Source: Clostridia bacterium (lineage in GTDB: Bacteria > Bacillota > Clostridia > Christensenellales > CAG-138). From it: 64,000 nucleotides of DNA. The notes under the pieces are model-generated. The model searched no databases. It saw nothing but the letters and a program-made list of their open reading frames with translations, and was not told the DNA's origin. A program made the translations under genes and the position numbers. The stretch is taken from NCBI GenBank assembly GCA_017394835.1, contig JAFPXD010000003.1:13691-77690 (forward strand), given 5' to 3'. Positions 7,893 to 18,065 of the stretch are shown here, piece by piece (the first letter of the stretch is position 1; every line of letters begins with the position of its first letter).

Positions 7893-9694
7893 CAGTTTAT
7901 CCTCAGAACGCTCATGAACGCATCGGAGGGAACGGAGACCGTGCCGACCTGCCTCATGCGCTTTTTGCCTTCCTTCTGCTTTTCGAGCAGCTTCTTTTTA
8001 CGGGTTATATCGCCGCCGTAGCATTTGGCAAGAACATCCTTCCTGACGGCGCGCACCGTTTCGCGCGCGATTATCTTGCCGCCTATGGCCGCCTGGATGG
8101 GGATCTCGAACTGCTGACGCGGAATGACCTCCTGCAGCTTTTCGGCAACGGCGCGGCCCTTGGCATACGCCTTGTCGCGGTGGACGATCGTGGAGAGCGC
8201 GTCGCACATATCGCCGTTCAACAGGAAATCGAGCTTTACAAGATCGCTCTGCTCATAGTCGCCGAGCTCGTAATCGAAGGACGCATAGCCGCGGCTCCTT
8301 GATTTGAGGCCGTCGAAGAAATCGAATATGATCTCATTGAGGGGCATCCTGTACTGGAGTTTAACACGGTTTTCCTCAAGATAGGTCATATCGAGGAACA
8401 CGCCGCGCTTATCCTGACAAAGCTCCATGATCGAGCCCACGAATTCCGGCGGAGTCATTATATTCGCCATTACCATAGGCTCCTCCATGCATTCTATCTC
8501 CATGGGAGAGGGAAGATTGGAGGGGTTGTCTATCATGCGGATGGAGCCGTCCATCATCTTTACGCGGTATATGACGGAGGGAGCGGTGGTGACGAGATCC
8601 AGATCGAATTCGCGCTCGAGCCTCTCCTCCGCTATCTCCATGTGCAGGAGCCCAAGGAAGCCGCAGCGGAAACCGTAGCCCAAAGCCTGCGAGGTCTCCG
8701 GTTCATAGGAGATGGAAGCGTCGTTTAATATGAGCTTGTCGAGCGCCTCCTTGAGCGCCTCGTAATCCGCGCCGTCCGCGGGATAGATGCCGCAGAACAC
8801 CATCGGATTCGCCTGCTTGTAGCCGTGGAGGGGCTCCTTTGCGGGGTTGCCCGCCAGAGTGATCGTATCGCCGACCTTCGTTTCGGCGACCGACTTTATG
8901 GAAGCCGAAATATAGCCGACCTCGCCCGCGGTAAGCTCCTTGACGGGGAGCCAGCCCGGATCGAATACGCCGACCTCGGTAACGTCGAACTCATTGCCGG
9001 AATGCATGAACCTTATCCTGTCGCCGGGGCGGACAGTCCCATCCATTACGCGGACGTATGAGAGGGCGCCCTTGTAATTATCATAGAAGCTGTCGAAAAT
9101 AAGCGCTTTCAAGGGAGCTTCGGGATCGCCCTTGGGGGCGGGAACGTCCGTCACGATGCATTCCAATACCTCTTCCACGTTAAGGCCCGTCTTTGCGGAA
9201 ACGCGGGGAGCATCCTCCGCGGGGAGGCCTATAATATCCTCGATCTCGCGGATCGCGTTATCGGGATCGGCCGAGACGAGATCTATCTTGTTTATGACGG
9301 GGATTATCTCAAGCTCGTTATCAAGCGCAAGATAGACGTTCGCAAGGGTCTGCGCCTCTATGCCCTGGGTCGCGTCAACGACGAGCACCGCCCCTTCGCA
9401 CGCGGCGAGAGCGCGGCTGACCTCATAGGTAAAGTCCACGTGGCCCGGAGTGTCGATAAGGTTCAGCATATAGGTCTTGCCGTCGCGCGCGGTATAAAAC
9501 ATGCGCACTGCGGTGGATTTGATGGTGATGCCCCTCTCGCGCTCTATATCCATGGAGTCGAGCAGCTGCTCCTCCATATCCCTGTCCGCAACGGTCTGAG
9601 TAAGCTGCATGAGCCTGTCCGCCAAGGTGGATTTGCCATGATCGATATGGGCGATTATACTGAAATTGCGTATGAGTTCTTTGGGAAAAGCCAT
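7892..9694 (-). CDS. lepA: Translation elongation factor 4 (LepA)
   Basis: Motifs seen: [34 protein letters not shown]. The length is 600 aa, and the C-terminal LepA region includes [10 protein letters not shown]. Confidence 0.97.
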   Translation of the reverse strand: MAFPKELIRNFSIIAHIDHGKSTLADRLMQLTQTVADRDMEEQLLDSMDIERERGITIKSTAVRMFYTARDGKTYMLNLIDTPGHVDFTYEVSRALAACEGAVLVVDATQGIEAQTLANVYLALDNELEIIPVINKIDLVSADPDNAIREIEDIIGLPAEDAPRVSAKTGLNVEEVLECIVTDVPAPKGDPEAPLKALIFDSFYDNYKGALSYVRVMDGTVRPGDRIRFMHSGNEFDVTEVGVFDPGWLPVKELTAGEVGYISASIKSVAETKVGDTITLAGNPAKEPLHGYKQANPMVFCGIYPADGADYEALKEALDKLILNDASISYEPETSQALGYGFRCGFLGLLHMEIAEERLEREFDLDLVTTAPSVIYRVKMMDGSIRMIDNPSNLPSPMEIECMEEPMVMANIMTPPEFVGSIMELCQDKRGVFLDMTYLEENRVKLQYRMPLNEIIFDFFDGLKSRSRGYASFDYELGDYEQSDLVKLDFLLNGDMCDALSTIVHRDKAYAKGRAVAEKLQEVIPRQQFEIPIQAAIGGKIIARETVRAVRKDVLAKCYGGDITRKKKLLEKQKEGKKRMRQVGTVSVPSDAFMSVLRIN

Positions 9695-9732
9695 AGTTTT
9701 ATTCCCCCGTGGGGTCTCCTTATGTAAATGGC

Positions 9733-9763
9733 GGGGATCCGACTTCGGTTTGCCGGATCCCCG
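9733..9763 (-). other. Stem-loop between tkt stop and lepA start (weak terminator/attenuator candidate)
   Basis: GGGGATCCG-N13-CGGATCCCC is a perfect 9-bp inverted repeat. The T-tract on the minus strand is poor (GCCATTTA). Confidence 0.35.
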
Positions 9764-9771
9764 GATGATCG

Positions 9772-11745
9772 TTATTCTATCATGCTCCTTGCGGCGTCTT
9801 CGACGGCCTCCGCGGTGACGCCGAACTTTTCAAAGAGCTTGCCGCCCGGAGCGGAAGCGCCGAAGCCCTTCATGCCGATTATTTTGCCGTCTATGCCGAC
9901 GTACTTATACCAGCTCATGCCGCCAAGCGCCTCAACGGCGACCCTGTTGCGGCACTCGATGGGAAGAACGCTCATGCGGTATTCCTCGGGCTGCTCCTCG
10001 AAGAGCTCCATGCAGGGCATCGAAACGACTCTGACGCGGATGCGGTCCGCCGCCATCCTTTCGGCAGCCTTCATCGCAAGCTCCACCTCGGAGCCCGTGG
10101 CGATGATTATAACAAGGGGCATGCCCTCGCAGTCGCGCAGGATATAGCCGCCGCGCATTGCTTCCTTGCCCGTGCCGGGGAGCTGGGGCAGGTTCTGCCT
10201 TGAAAGCGCGAGCACGGCGGGAGCCTTAAGCTCCATTGCCGCAAGATAGCAAGCGGCAGTCTCGCGGCCGTCTGCGGGACGCATGACGTATGTATTGGGG
10301 GTGGCCCTCAGCATATCGAGCTGTTCTATGGGCTGATGGGTGGGGCCGTCCTCGCCTACGCCTATTGAATCGTGGGTCATAACGTAAAGGACGTTAAGGC
10401 CCATGAGCGCGGAAAGGCGCAGAGCGGGCTTCATATAATCGACGAATACGAGGAAGGTCGCGCAGTAGGGGCGCAGTCCGCCGTAAAGCGCCATGCCGTT
10501 TGCGATGGCGCCCATCGCAAATTCCCTTATGCCGAAGCGGAAATTGCGCCCGGCGTAATTATCCTTAGAGAAATCCTCATAAGCCTTCATATAGGTGAGG
10601 TTCGAGGGGCCGAGATCCGCTGAGCCGCCTACGAGGTTGGGCACGCGCCCGGTAAGCCTTGTCAGCATCATTTCGGAGCACTTGCGGGTGGCGAGCTTGG
10701 CGTCATCGTCGAATTCCCATATCGCGGGATCGTTCATGAGGTCGGGAAGCTTGCCCGCGAGCCAATCGTTGAGCTCCGCGTAAAGCTCGGGATAGGCGGC
10801 CTTATAGGCTTGCATAAGGGAGTCGTGCTCCTCGTGAGCCTGTTTGAAGCCTCGGCGAAGCTCCGCCATATGCGCATAGACCTCTTCGGGAACGGTGAAA
10901 TCGGGGTATTCCCAGCCGAGGGATCTCTTGTAGGCGGCTATGTTTTCTTCGCCCAGAGGCGAACCGTGGCTGGAAGCGGAACCCTGCTTGGGAGTGCCTT
11001 CCGCAATGTTGGTATGAACGATTATGAGCGAGGGCTTATTCGCTTCCTTCTTCGCTTCGCAAAGGGCCTTGGCTACGGCTTCGGTATCCTCGCCGGAGGC
11101 TACCTCAAGCACCTGCCAGCCGTATGCCTCGAAGCGCATTTTCACGTCCTCGGTGAAGGCAAGGTCGGTGGAACCTTCGATGGTGATGCGGTTGGAATCG
11201 TAAAGCGCGATGAGCCTGCCCAGGCCGAGCGTGCCGGCAAAGGAAGCGGCCTCCGCGGCGACGCCCTCCATCATGCAGCCGTCGCCCATGAGGGTGTAAG
11301 TATAATTGTCGATCACGTTATAGCCTTCGCGGTTGAAGCGGGCGGCCATGTGACGCTCCGCCATCGCCATGCCGACTGCCATCGCGAAGCCCTGCCCCAA
11401 GGGGCCGGTAGTGGCTTCTATGCCGGGGATATTGCCGTATTCGGGATGGCCCGCGGTCTTCGCGCCGAGCTGGCGGAAATCCTTTATATCATCCATGCTC
11501 ACAGGGTAACCGAAAATATGCATGAGGGAATAGAGCAGCATGGAAGCATGACCTGCGCTCAGAACGAAGCGGTCACGCCCGATCCATTCGGGATCCTTGG
11601 GGTCGTGGCGCATGTTTTTCCAAAGGGTGTAAGCCATGGGCGCGGAGCCGATGGCAAGGCCGGGATGCCCGCTCTTCGCCTTCTGAATGGCGTCGGCGGT
11701 GAGCATCCTCATTGAAGTGATGGCAAGACGGTCGATGTTCTGCAT
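9772..11745 (-). CDS. tkt: Transketolase
   Basis: Motifs seen: N-terminal SGHPG, the ThDP-binding GDGCMMEG, and central and C-terminal transketolase regions. The ORF is 657 aa. RBS GGGAGGA lies upstream of ATG 11745. Confidence 0.96.
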   Translation of the reverse strand: MQNIDRLAITSMRMLTADAIQKAKSGHPGLAIGSAPMAYTLWKNMRHDPKDPEWIGRDRFVLSAGHASMLLYSLMHIFGYPVSMDDIKDFRQLGAKTAGHPEYGNIPGIEATTGPLGQGFAMAVGMAMAERHMAARFNREGYNVIDNYTYTLMGDGCMMEGVAAEAASFAGTLGLGRLIALYDSNRITIEGSTDLAFTEDVKMRFEAYGWQVLEVASGEDTEAVAKALCEAKKEANKPSLIIVHTNIAEGTPKQGSASSHGSPLGEENIAAYKRSLGWEYPDFTVPEEVYAHMAELRRGFKQAHEEHDSLMQAYKAAYPELYAELNDWLAGKLPDLMNDPAIWEFDDDAKLATRKCSEMMLTRLTGRVPNLVGGSADLGPSNLTYMKAYEDFSKDNYAGRNFRFGIREFAMGAIANGMALYGGLRPYCATFLVFVDYMKPALRLSALMGLNVLYVMTHDSIGVGEDGPTHQPIEQLDMLRATPNTYVMRPADGRETAACYLAAMELKAPAVLALSRQNLPQLPGTGKEAMRGGYILRDCEGMPLVIIIATGSEVELAMKAAERMAADRIRVRVVSMPCMELFEEQPEEYRMSVLPIECRNRVAVEALGGMSWYKYVGIDGKIIGMKGFGASAPGGKLFEKFGVTAEAVEDAARSMIE

Positions 11746-11808
11746 TTTCTGTTCCTCCCAATATGCTTTTTGCGAAGCGATCTTATCGCCCCATTCATAT
11801 CCATACTA

Positions 11809-11837
11809 ATTATACATAAAACTGTTCGTGATTTCAA
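11809..11837 (-). promoter_or_regulatory. Candidate promoter of tkt
   Basis: On the minus strand the sequence is TTGAAA, 17 nt, TATAAT, about 65 nt upstream of the tkt ATG. Confidence 0.6.
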
Positions 11838-11892
11838 TGGGTTATATGTATATAAAAACGGTTATGCCCGCTCCGCGGCGCGTTGAAGCAAA

Positions 11893-11922
11893 GCAAAAAG
11901 CACCCCGCCTATGAAAGGCGGG
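11893..11922 (-). terminator. Rho-independent terminator downstream of the GT2 gene
   Basis: On the minus strand, the hairpin CCCGCCT-TTCAT-AGGCGGG is followed by GTGCTTTTTGCTTT. Confidence 0.7.
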
Positions 11923-11948
11923 ATACGAACCGGAAAGAATTGGCCGGG

Positions 11949-13229
11949 TCATTCGGGGAGTTGTTCCTCTTTTCTGCGCTTGGAAAGGTTTTTTCCGTCA
12001 ACGCAGTGCTCGATGGGCTTCCATTCGGGCTTTGTGAAGAGCGAAACGAACGCGATGGGCGTATATGCTATCATAAAAATGGGCGAAGTGAACACGGCGA
12101 GTATCTTTTTTACGGGCGTGGTGCGAATGCGCTTCCACTCGGTAAGCGCGGTGATGAGGGCGATCGCAAAGAGCGGCGCGTACATCGCGAGCACGTATTT
12201 GAGCACCGACAGCATAGAAGCCGCAAACGTACGGCCGACGGTAAACCCCATTATGCTCAGAATTATGTCAACAACGAGAGAAAACACCGTCACGAGGAAC
12301 GCGGGCATTATGCACATATTGAGGTCATAGCAGGAGAAATCGCCCTTAAGCGATTTTTTGAGCAGGCTTCCGCCGTACTTTTTGAGCACCTGAATATAGC
12401 CCTGCGCCCAGCGGAGGCGCTGCCTGCAGGAAAGCCTGAAGGTCACGGGCTGTTCATCGTAAAACTCCGCGTCGCAGCAGTAGCCGACTATCCGCCCCTT
12501 AAGTATCTGATCGGCGGAAAACTCAATGTCTTCCGTAAGCATGTGATATGGCCAGCCTTCCTGCTCCTCCGCGATCTTTCTTGTGAACAGGTAGCCCGTT
12601 CCCGCAGCGTAACAGCTTGTCCCAAGCATACTGCGGGTATGATTAAGGTATCTGCTCGAACGCATGAACATGAGCCCGTATGCGGAAGAAACCCAGCTGT
12701 CGCCAAAGTTTTTGCTGTTGCGGCAGCTTGTGACAATATCGAAGCCCTCCTCCGCCTTTGCGACCATTTTTTCAAAGTAGTCACGGCAGAGAAGATTATC
12801 CGCGTCGAATACGAAATAGAGGTCGAAGCCTTCGGGATAATCGGCTTTTATGCGCCTCATCAGAAAATCGAGCGCATAGCCCTTCCCCACCTCTTCGGTG
12901 TTGGTGCGCTCATAGACAACAGCTCCGAGCTCCGACGCCGCCTTCGCCGTGCCGTCAGAACAGTTATCGGCGACGACGAAGACCTTTATGAGCTCATTAT
13001 CATAAGTCTGCCTCGTAATGCTCTTTATGAGGTCGCCAATGACGCGCTCTTCATTTCGGGCGGAAATCAGCACGGCGCAGGTCTTCCGCGGTACGGAAAA
13101 AAGTGCGGCGTCCCTTTGTTTTTTCCTTGCGGAGAGTATCCATTGAAGCGGGATGAACGCGAATTGGTAGGCATATAATACGGCGGAAAGACCCGCGAGA
13201 ATTACAGCTATCAGCTTAACGGTTTCCAT
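11949..13229 (-). CDS. Integral-membrane family-2 glycosyltransferase (processive, cellulose/PNAG-synthase-like architecture)
   Basis: It has an N-terminal TM segment, a GT-A core AVLISARNEERVIG…VFVVADNCSDGT…FDADN, a QRxRW-like motif RQRLRWAQG, and several C-terminal TM helices. The ORF-track start at 13232 is TTG. ATG 13229 has GAAAGG 7 nt upstream. Confidence 0.85.
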   Translation of the reverse strand: METVKLIAVILAGLSAVLYAYQFAFIPLQWILSARKKQRDAALFSVPRKTCAVLISARNEERVIGDLIKSITRQTYDNELIKVFVVADNCSDGTAKAASELGAVVYERTNTEEVGKGYALDFLMRRIKADYPEGFDLYFVFDADNLLCRDYFEKMVAKAEEGFDIVTSCRNSKNFGDSWVSSAYGLMFMRSSRYLNHTRSMLGTSCYAAGTGYLFTRKIAEEQEGWPYHMLTEDIEFSADQILKGRIVGYCCDAEFYDEQPVTFRLSCRQRLRWAQGYIQVLKKYGGSLLKKSLKGDFSCYDLNMCIMPAFLVTVFSLVVDIILSIMGFTVGRTFAASMLSVLKYVLAMYAPLFAIALITALTEWKRIRTTPVKKILAVFTSPIFMIAYTPIAFVSLFTKPEWKPIEHCVDGKNLSKRRKEEQLPE

Positions 13230-13269
13230 CAAGAGACCTTTCGGAGCGATCTGCCTGTAAGCGGCAACA

Positions 13270-13292
13270 GTGTATTAATTAGATTAATACAC
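13270..13292. promoter_or_regulatory. Perfect 10-3-10 palindrome, candidate operator upstream of the GT2 gene
   Basis: The sequence is GTGTATTAAT-tag-ATTAATACAC. It lies 41-63 nt upstream of the GT2 ATG, and a TTGACA hexamer on the minus strand (13304-13309) sits just upstream of it. Confidence 0.45.
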
Positions 13293-13356
13293 TTGTCGTT
13301 ATTTGTCAATAGTCCGACGCCCATTTACAGCAATATATAAGGGAGCGCATTTGGGC

Positions 13357-13390
13357 GCATTCACTTAACGACATCTCCTTAAGTGAATGC
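13357..13390. repeat. Perfect 12-bp inverted repeat (stem-loop) downstream of malic-enzyme gene
   Basis: The sequence is GCATTCACTTAA-N10-TTAAGTGAATGC. There is no adjacent T-tract on the minus (transcribed) strand, and the T6 on the + strand is 20 nt away. Confidence 0.4.
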
Positions 13391-13427
13391 ACCCTCCTGC
13401 GCCCCCCATTTTTTATACAGTGAGCTA

Positions 13428-14603
13428 TTATATTCTTGCTACGCCGGACTTCCTTGCCGCTTCGGCAACGGCCGCGGCGACGGTCTTGCCGACGCGCGGA
13501 TCGAAAGCCTTGGGGATGATGTAATCCTCGGAAAGCTCTTCATCGGAGATGAGCCCCGCAAGCGCGTTCGCGGCGGCGATCTTCATCTCGTCGTTGATAT
13601 CGGAGGCGCGAACGTCGAAGGTGCCGCGGAATATGCCCGGGAACGCCAGTACGTTGTTGATCTGGTTGGGGAAATCGCTCCTGCCCGTTGCGATGACGCG
13701 CGCGCCGCCCGCCTTCGCGTCGTCGGGGAATATCTCGGGAGTGGGGTTCGCACAGGCGAATACGATGGCGTCCTTCGCCATGGACCTCACCATATCGACG
13801 GAAACGGTGTTCGGCGCGGAAACGCCAATGAACACGTCGGCGCCTGCAAGCGCGTCGGCAAGCGTACCCTGCCTGCCCTCGAGATTGGTGACGAGCGCCA
13901 TCTCCTCCTTGATGGGGTTCATGCCCTTTTCACGTCCCTTATAGATGATGCCCGTGCGGTCGCAGAGGGTGATGTTCTTAATGCCCGAGGAGAGCAGCAG
14001 GCGGCAGATAGCGATGGAAGCGGCGCCCGCGCCGTTTATAACGACCTTGAGGGAGTCAAATTCCTTCCCCACCACCTTCGCTGCGTTCATAAGGCCGGCG
14101 AGGGTGATGACGGCGGTGCCGTGCTGATCGTCATGGAAAATGGGGATATCGCATTTTTCCTTGAGCTTCTTTTCTATCTCGAAGCAGCGGGGAGCGGCTA
14201 TATCCTCGAGATTGACGCCGCCGAAGGAGCCCGAGATGAGATAGATGGTGTTTACGATCTCGTCAACGTCCTTGCTCTTTATGCAGAGAGGGAACGCATC
14301 GACTCCGCCGAAAGCCTTGAAGAGCACGCATTTGCCCTCCATAACGGGCATGCCGGCTTCGGGGCCTATATCGCCGAGACCCAGCACAGCGGTGCCGTCG
14401 GTTACGACAAGGCAGAGGTTGTGGCGGCGGGTAAGCTCATAGCTCTTCGAGATATCCTTCTGTATCTCGAGGCAGGGCTGCGCTACGCCGGGGGTGTATG
14501 CAAGGGAGAGGTCTTCCTTGGTCTTGACGGGGACGGTGGCGACGACCTCTATCTTGCCCTTCCATTCGCCGTGAAGGCGGAGAGATTCTTTGGCGTAATC
14601 CAT
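13428..14603 (-). CDS. NAD(P)-dependent malic enzyme (oxaloacetate-decarboxylating malate dehydrogenase)
   Basis: Motifs seen: LSLAYTPGVAQPC, the GTAVLGLGDIGP dinucleotide region, and VINGAGAA (Rossmann). The ORF-track start 14627 is TTG. ATG 14603 (MDYAKE) has GAAAGGAAG 8 nt upstream. Confidence 0.92.
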   Translation of the reverse strand: MDYAKESLRLHGEWKGKIEVVATVPVKTKEDLSLAYTPGVAQPCLEIQKDISKSYELTRRHNLCLVVTDGTAVLGLGDIGPEAGMPVMEGKCVLFKAFGGVDAFPLCIKSKDVDEIVNTIYLISGSFGGVNLEDIAAPRCFEIEKKLKEKCDIPIFHDDQHGTAVITLAGLMNAAKVVGKEFDSLKVVINGAGAASIAICRLLLSSGIKNITLCDRTGIIYKGREKGMNPIKEEMALVTNLEGRQGTLADALAGADVFIGVSAPNTVSVDMVRSMAKDAIVFACANPTPEIFPDDAKAGGARVIATGRSDFPNQINNVLAFPGIFRGTFDVRASDINDEMKIAAANALAGLISDEELSEDYIIPKAFDPRVGKTVAAAVAEAARKSGVARI

Positions 14604-14636
14604 TATGTTGACTTCCTTTCGGTTCAAATTATAGTG

Positions 14637-15746
14637 TCATTTCTCGAAATCGAATTTGAAGGGGAGCTCGTACCAATCGCGGACGGTGGTAAGATCCTTC
14701 TGAACGCCCTCGCCTACGGGGACTCCCTTATCCTTCCTGTCGAGCCAGCAGAGGTATTCCTTCTCGCCCGCGGTATAGATGCGCTCGCGGCCGGGCGCCT
14801 TTTCAGAAGCGCGGAGCTCGCGGAGGATATTGCCGCAGATCTTTTTGAAGGTCTCCTGCCCCATGAACGCGTCGGGATCCACTACGAGGAACCAGTGACC
14901 GAGATGATACGGCCTGCGGTTGCCGTTCTCGTCAAAGCCGGTGAGCATCTTAAGATAGCTGCCCGCCTGAAGCGCCGCGGAAAGCACCTCGACCACCGTT
15001 GCGTAGCCGTAGCCCTTGTAACCGGCAAGATCGTCGTTTATGCCGCCCAGAGGAGCGAGCGCCGCGGTGCCCTTTGTGAGATCGACGAGGATCTGTTCGC
15101 TGTCGGTCAAAGCCTCGCCGTTTTTGCCTATTACCATGCCCGCGGGGGTATCCTTGCCGTTTCTCGCAAAATACTCGATCTTGCCGCGCTGGGTGATGGA
15201 GGTCGCGCAGTCGATCACGAAGGGGAATTCCTCATCGGTGGGAAGGCCGATGGTGAGCGGGTTCGTGCCGAGCATATTCTCAACGCCGAAGGTGGGCGCT
15301 ATGGAGGGGCGGGCGTTGGTGCCCGTCATGCCTATCATGCCCTGCTTGGTCGCCATGGTCACCCAATAGCCCGCGATGCCGTAATGGGAAGAATTCCTTA
15401 TCGCGCCCATCGCAAGGCCGTAGGTCTTCGCCTTTTCAATGAGCTTCTCCATCATGTGATAAGAGGCGACCATGCCCATGCCGTCGTGAGCGTCCGTCAC
15501 CATGGTGGTGGGGGTCTCCTTGAGGACCTCTATCTCAGTTACGGGGTTTAAGATGCCCGCGCGGATGCGGTCGATATAGATGGGCTTGAAGCGGTTGCAG
15601 CCGTGGCTCTCGATGCCGCGGCGGTCGCTTTCCATAAGGACGTCGGCGCAGATGGCGGCGTCATCCTCGGGGATGCCGCATGCCTTGAACGCTGTGCGCA
15701 TGAAATCGCCGATGAGTTCCCATTTTACATAAGGTCTGGTTTCCAT
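14637..15746 (-). CDS. Ldh_2-family (malate/L-lactate/sulfolactate-type) NAD(P)H oxidoreductase
   Basis: The N-terminus …ADVLMESDRRGIESHGCNRF…, NSSHYGIAGYW and the ~370 aa length are typical of Ldh_2 (type-2 malate/lactate dehydrogenase) proteins. The substrate is unknown. Confidence 0.8.
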   Translation of the reverse strand: METRPYVKWELIGDFMRTAFKACGIPEDDAAICADVLMESDRRGIESHGCNRFKPIYIDRIRAGILNPVTEIEVLKETPTTMVTDAHDGMGMVASYHMMEKLIEKAKTYGLAMGAIRNSSHYGIAGYWVTMATKQGMIGMTGTNARPSIAPTFGVENMLGTNPLTIGLPTDEEFPFVIDCATSITQRGKIEYFARNGKDTPAGMVIGKNGEALTDSEQILVDLTKGTAALAPLGGINDDLAGYKGYGYATVVEVLSAALQAGSYLKMLTGFDENGNRRPYHLGHWFLVVDPDAFMGQETFKKICGNILRELRASEKAPGRERIYTAGEKEYLCWLDRKDKGVPVGEGVQKDLTTVRDWYELPFKFDFEK

Positions 15747-15800
15747 TTTTATGATTCCTTTCGTGTTGATATTTGATTATAGTGTCACCATAAAAGCTCT

Positions 15801-16346
15801 TTATTCAGGATCGCTTTTATGCTTTGTCAGCAATCTCTTGAGCCGTGCAAATATGCCGGGCTTTACCGCAAGCCCGTTCCACGGGGAAACAAATACCCTT
15901 TCATAAAGCAGAGCCTCAAGGCTTTCCCTAAAATGATTCTCAGGCAAAATGCCGTCTTCTACCAATGAATAATAATCACCGACGGCATCTAGGTGATTTA
16001 TTAAAGCGTTTTCTTCGCGAAGCCCCGAATTAACAGCTGTCCGATACATCATATCGGAAAGGTCTTTCAAATCCTTTGGATCGTTTTCATACTTTTCCCT
16101 GAAGAATCCAATGACCCTCTCTGCGACTGAGTCCGTATCGATCCTATCCATCGGGACGGCCGATAAATACTTATTGAGCGCCTTAAGCTGCGCATTGGGA
16201 TCATCCCTGCTGTACGCGAGCTCCAAGGTCACGTTGCGGAGCGGATCCTCTTCCGCTAAAGCCTGCTCCAATTCTTTGTCAAGCGCACCGGAAACGCCCG
16301 CTTCCAGCATCAGTTTGCCGAATAAAGCATCTTCAAAAGAGATCAT
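15801..16346 (-). CDS. Hypothetical soluble helical protein (181 aa)
   Basis: A GGAGG RBS lies 5 nt upstream of ATG 16346. Codon usage matches the neighbouring genes. I recognised no motif. Confidence 0.6.
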   Translation of the reverse strand: MISFEDALFGKLMLEAGVSGALDKELEQALAEEDPLRNVTLELAYSRDDPNAQLKALNKYLSAVPMDRIDTDSVAERVIGFFREKYENDPKDLKDLSDMMYRTAVNSGLREENALINHLDAVGDYYSLVEDGILPENHFRESLEALLYERVFVSPWNGLAVKPGIFARLKRLLTKHKSDPE

Positions 16347-16382
16347 CTGTTTCCTCCGCCTAAGTTTTCTGCTTTATTGGTT

Positions 16383-17891
16383 TTATTTACTCCAGTTTCT
16401 CGATCTCTCGACAGCCCTCTGCCACTCCGAATAGCGGTGCTTTCTTTCCGCCTCATCGACAGAGGGAGTGAATATCCTTTCGACCTTGCGGTTCGATTCG
16501 ATATCGTCAAGGTCCTTCCAGAAGCCGACGTACAGTCCCGCAAGATACGCCGCGCCGAGAGCGGTAGTCTCAACTACTGCGGGACGGTTTATTGCGACGC
16601 CCAGCATATCGGACTGCGTCTGCATGAGGATATTCGATACGGAAGCGCCGCCGTCCACACGAAGCTCGCTGAGGCGGAAGCCCACGTCGTCCTCCATTGC
16701 GGAGATGAGATCCTTGACCTGATAGGCGATGGAATCGAGCACCGCTCTCGCGATATGGGCGGCTGTGGTGCCGCGCGTTATGCCGACCATGGTGCCGCGG
16801 GCGTACATATCCCAATACGGCGCGCCGAGCCCCGTGAAGGCGGGAACGAGTATCACTCCGCCCGCGTCGGGAACGGATTCGGCAAGTATGTTGACTTCGG
16901 GAGCGGATTTGATAAGTCCCAGCCCGTCGCGCAGCCACTTTATCACGCTGCCCGCGTTGAATACCGAGCCTTCGAGGGCGTACTCGACCTTGCCGTTCAA
17001 GCCCCATGCGACTGTTGCGACGAGTCCGTTGCGGCTCCTCATGGAGCTTTCGCCCGTGTTCATCATGAGGAAGCAGCCCGTGCCGTAGGTGTTCTTCGCC
17101 TGACCTTTGGAGAAGCATGCCTGCCCGAAGAGCGCCGCCTGCTGATCGCCCGCAACGCCCGAAATGGGTATGCCGGCTAATGACTCGAGCCCGGTGATGC
17201 CCGGAGCCACCCTGCCGAAATCGCCCGAGGAGGGCTTGGCTTCCGGCATCATGCAGGCGGGGATCCCGAGGGCTTTCATTATCTTTTCATCCCAGCAGAG
17301 CTTGTCTATATCGAAGAGCATCGTGCGGGAGGCGTTGGAATAATCCGTCGCGTGGACACGCCCGCCCGTGAGCTGCCAAATAAGCCATGTATCAATGGTG
17401 CCGAACAGGAGCTCGCCCTTTTCGGCGCGTTCCCTCGCCCCCTCGACGTTATCGAGTATCCACTTTATCTTCGTGGCGGAAAAATAAGCGTCGATCAAAA
17501 GGCCCGTGTGTTCGGTCACGTAATCGGAAAGGCCATCCGCAATCAGCTTTTCGCAGATCTCCGCAGTCCTGCGGCACTGCCAGACTATCGCGTTATAGAC
17601 GGGAACGCCCGTGTTTTTATCCCAAACGACGGTCGTCTCACGCTGATTGGTGATGCCTATCGCGGCGATCATATCGGGGGTTATCTCGCCCGATTCCATG
17701 GCGGCGGTTATGGCGAGCTTCTGACTGCGCCATATTTCCATCGGGTCGTGCTCCACCCATCCTTCATGGGGATAATACTGTTTGAATTCGAGCTGAGCGG
17801 TGCCGTGGACGCCGCCGCTCTTGTCAAAAAAAATAACTCTTGAGCTTGTGGTGCCCTGATCGAGGGCGAGAACGTATTTTTCCATATCCAT
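16383..17891 (-). CDS. glpK: Glycerol kinase
   Basis: Motifs seen: [25 protein letters not shown], and the FGGY-family C-terminal domain. The ORF is 502 aa. RBS GGGAGG lies upstream. Confidence 0.97.
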   Translation of the reverse strand: MDMEKYVLALDQGTTSSRVIFFDKSGGVHGTAQLEFKQYYPHEGWVEHDPMEIWRSQKLAITAAMESGEITPDMIAAIGITNQRETTVVWDKNTGVPVYNAIVWQCRRTAEICEKLIADGLSDYVTEHTGLLIDAYFSATKIKWILDNVEGARERAEKGELLFGTIDTWLIWQLTGGRVHATDYSNASRTMLFDIDKLCWDEKIMKALGIPACMMPEAKPSSGDFGRVAPGITGLESLAGIPISGVAGDQQAALFGQACFSKGQAKNTYGTGCFLMMNTGESSMRSRNGLVATVAWGLNGKVEYALEGSVFNAGSVIKWLRDGLGLIKSAPEVNILAESVPDAGGVILVPAFTGLGAPYWDMYARGTMVGITRGTTAAHIARAVLDSIAYQVKDLISAMEDDVGFRLSELRVDGGASVSNILMQTQSDMLGVAINRPAVVETTALGAAYLAGLYVGFWKDLDDIESNRKVERIFTPSVDEAERKHRYSEWQRAVERSRNWSK

Positions 17892-18001
17892 CCTCCCATA
17901 TCATTTTAATTATAGAATAAGCCCCCGCGTTTTGCAAGAAGATTTTTGCATCCTCACGCGCATTATGAAGTCTCGTCCCGCCGTTATTTTGCGTATTGGG
18001 C

Positions 18002-18030
18002 TTGCCAACGGAAGCGTTAGCGGTTATAAT
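18002..18030 (+). promoter_or_regulatory. Candidate promoter of the mreC operon
   Basis: TTGCCA (18002-18007), 17 nt, TATAAT (18025-18030). Confidence 0.6.
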
Positions 18031-18065
18031 GTAAATGTAGAGATTTACGTATTGGGAGGCCCCGT

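Noticed and set aside
17892-18000. A GlpP-type antiterminator leader upstream of glpK.
   Set aside because: A TTGCAA-17-TATAAT promoter lies only about 25 nt from the RBS, so the 5' UTR is too short for a terminator/antiterminator structure.
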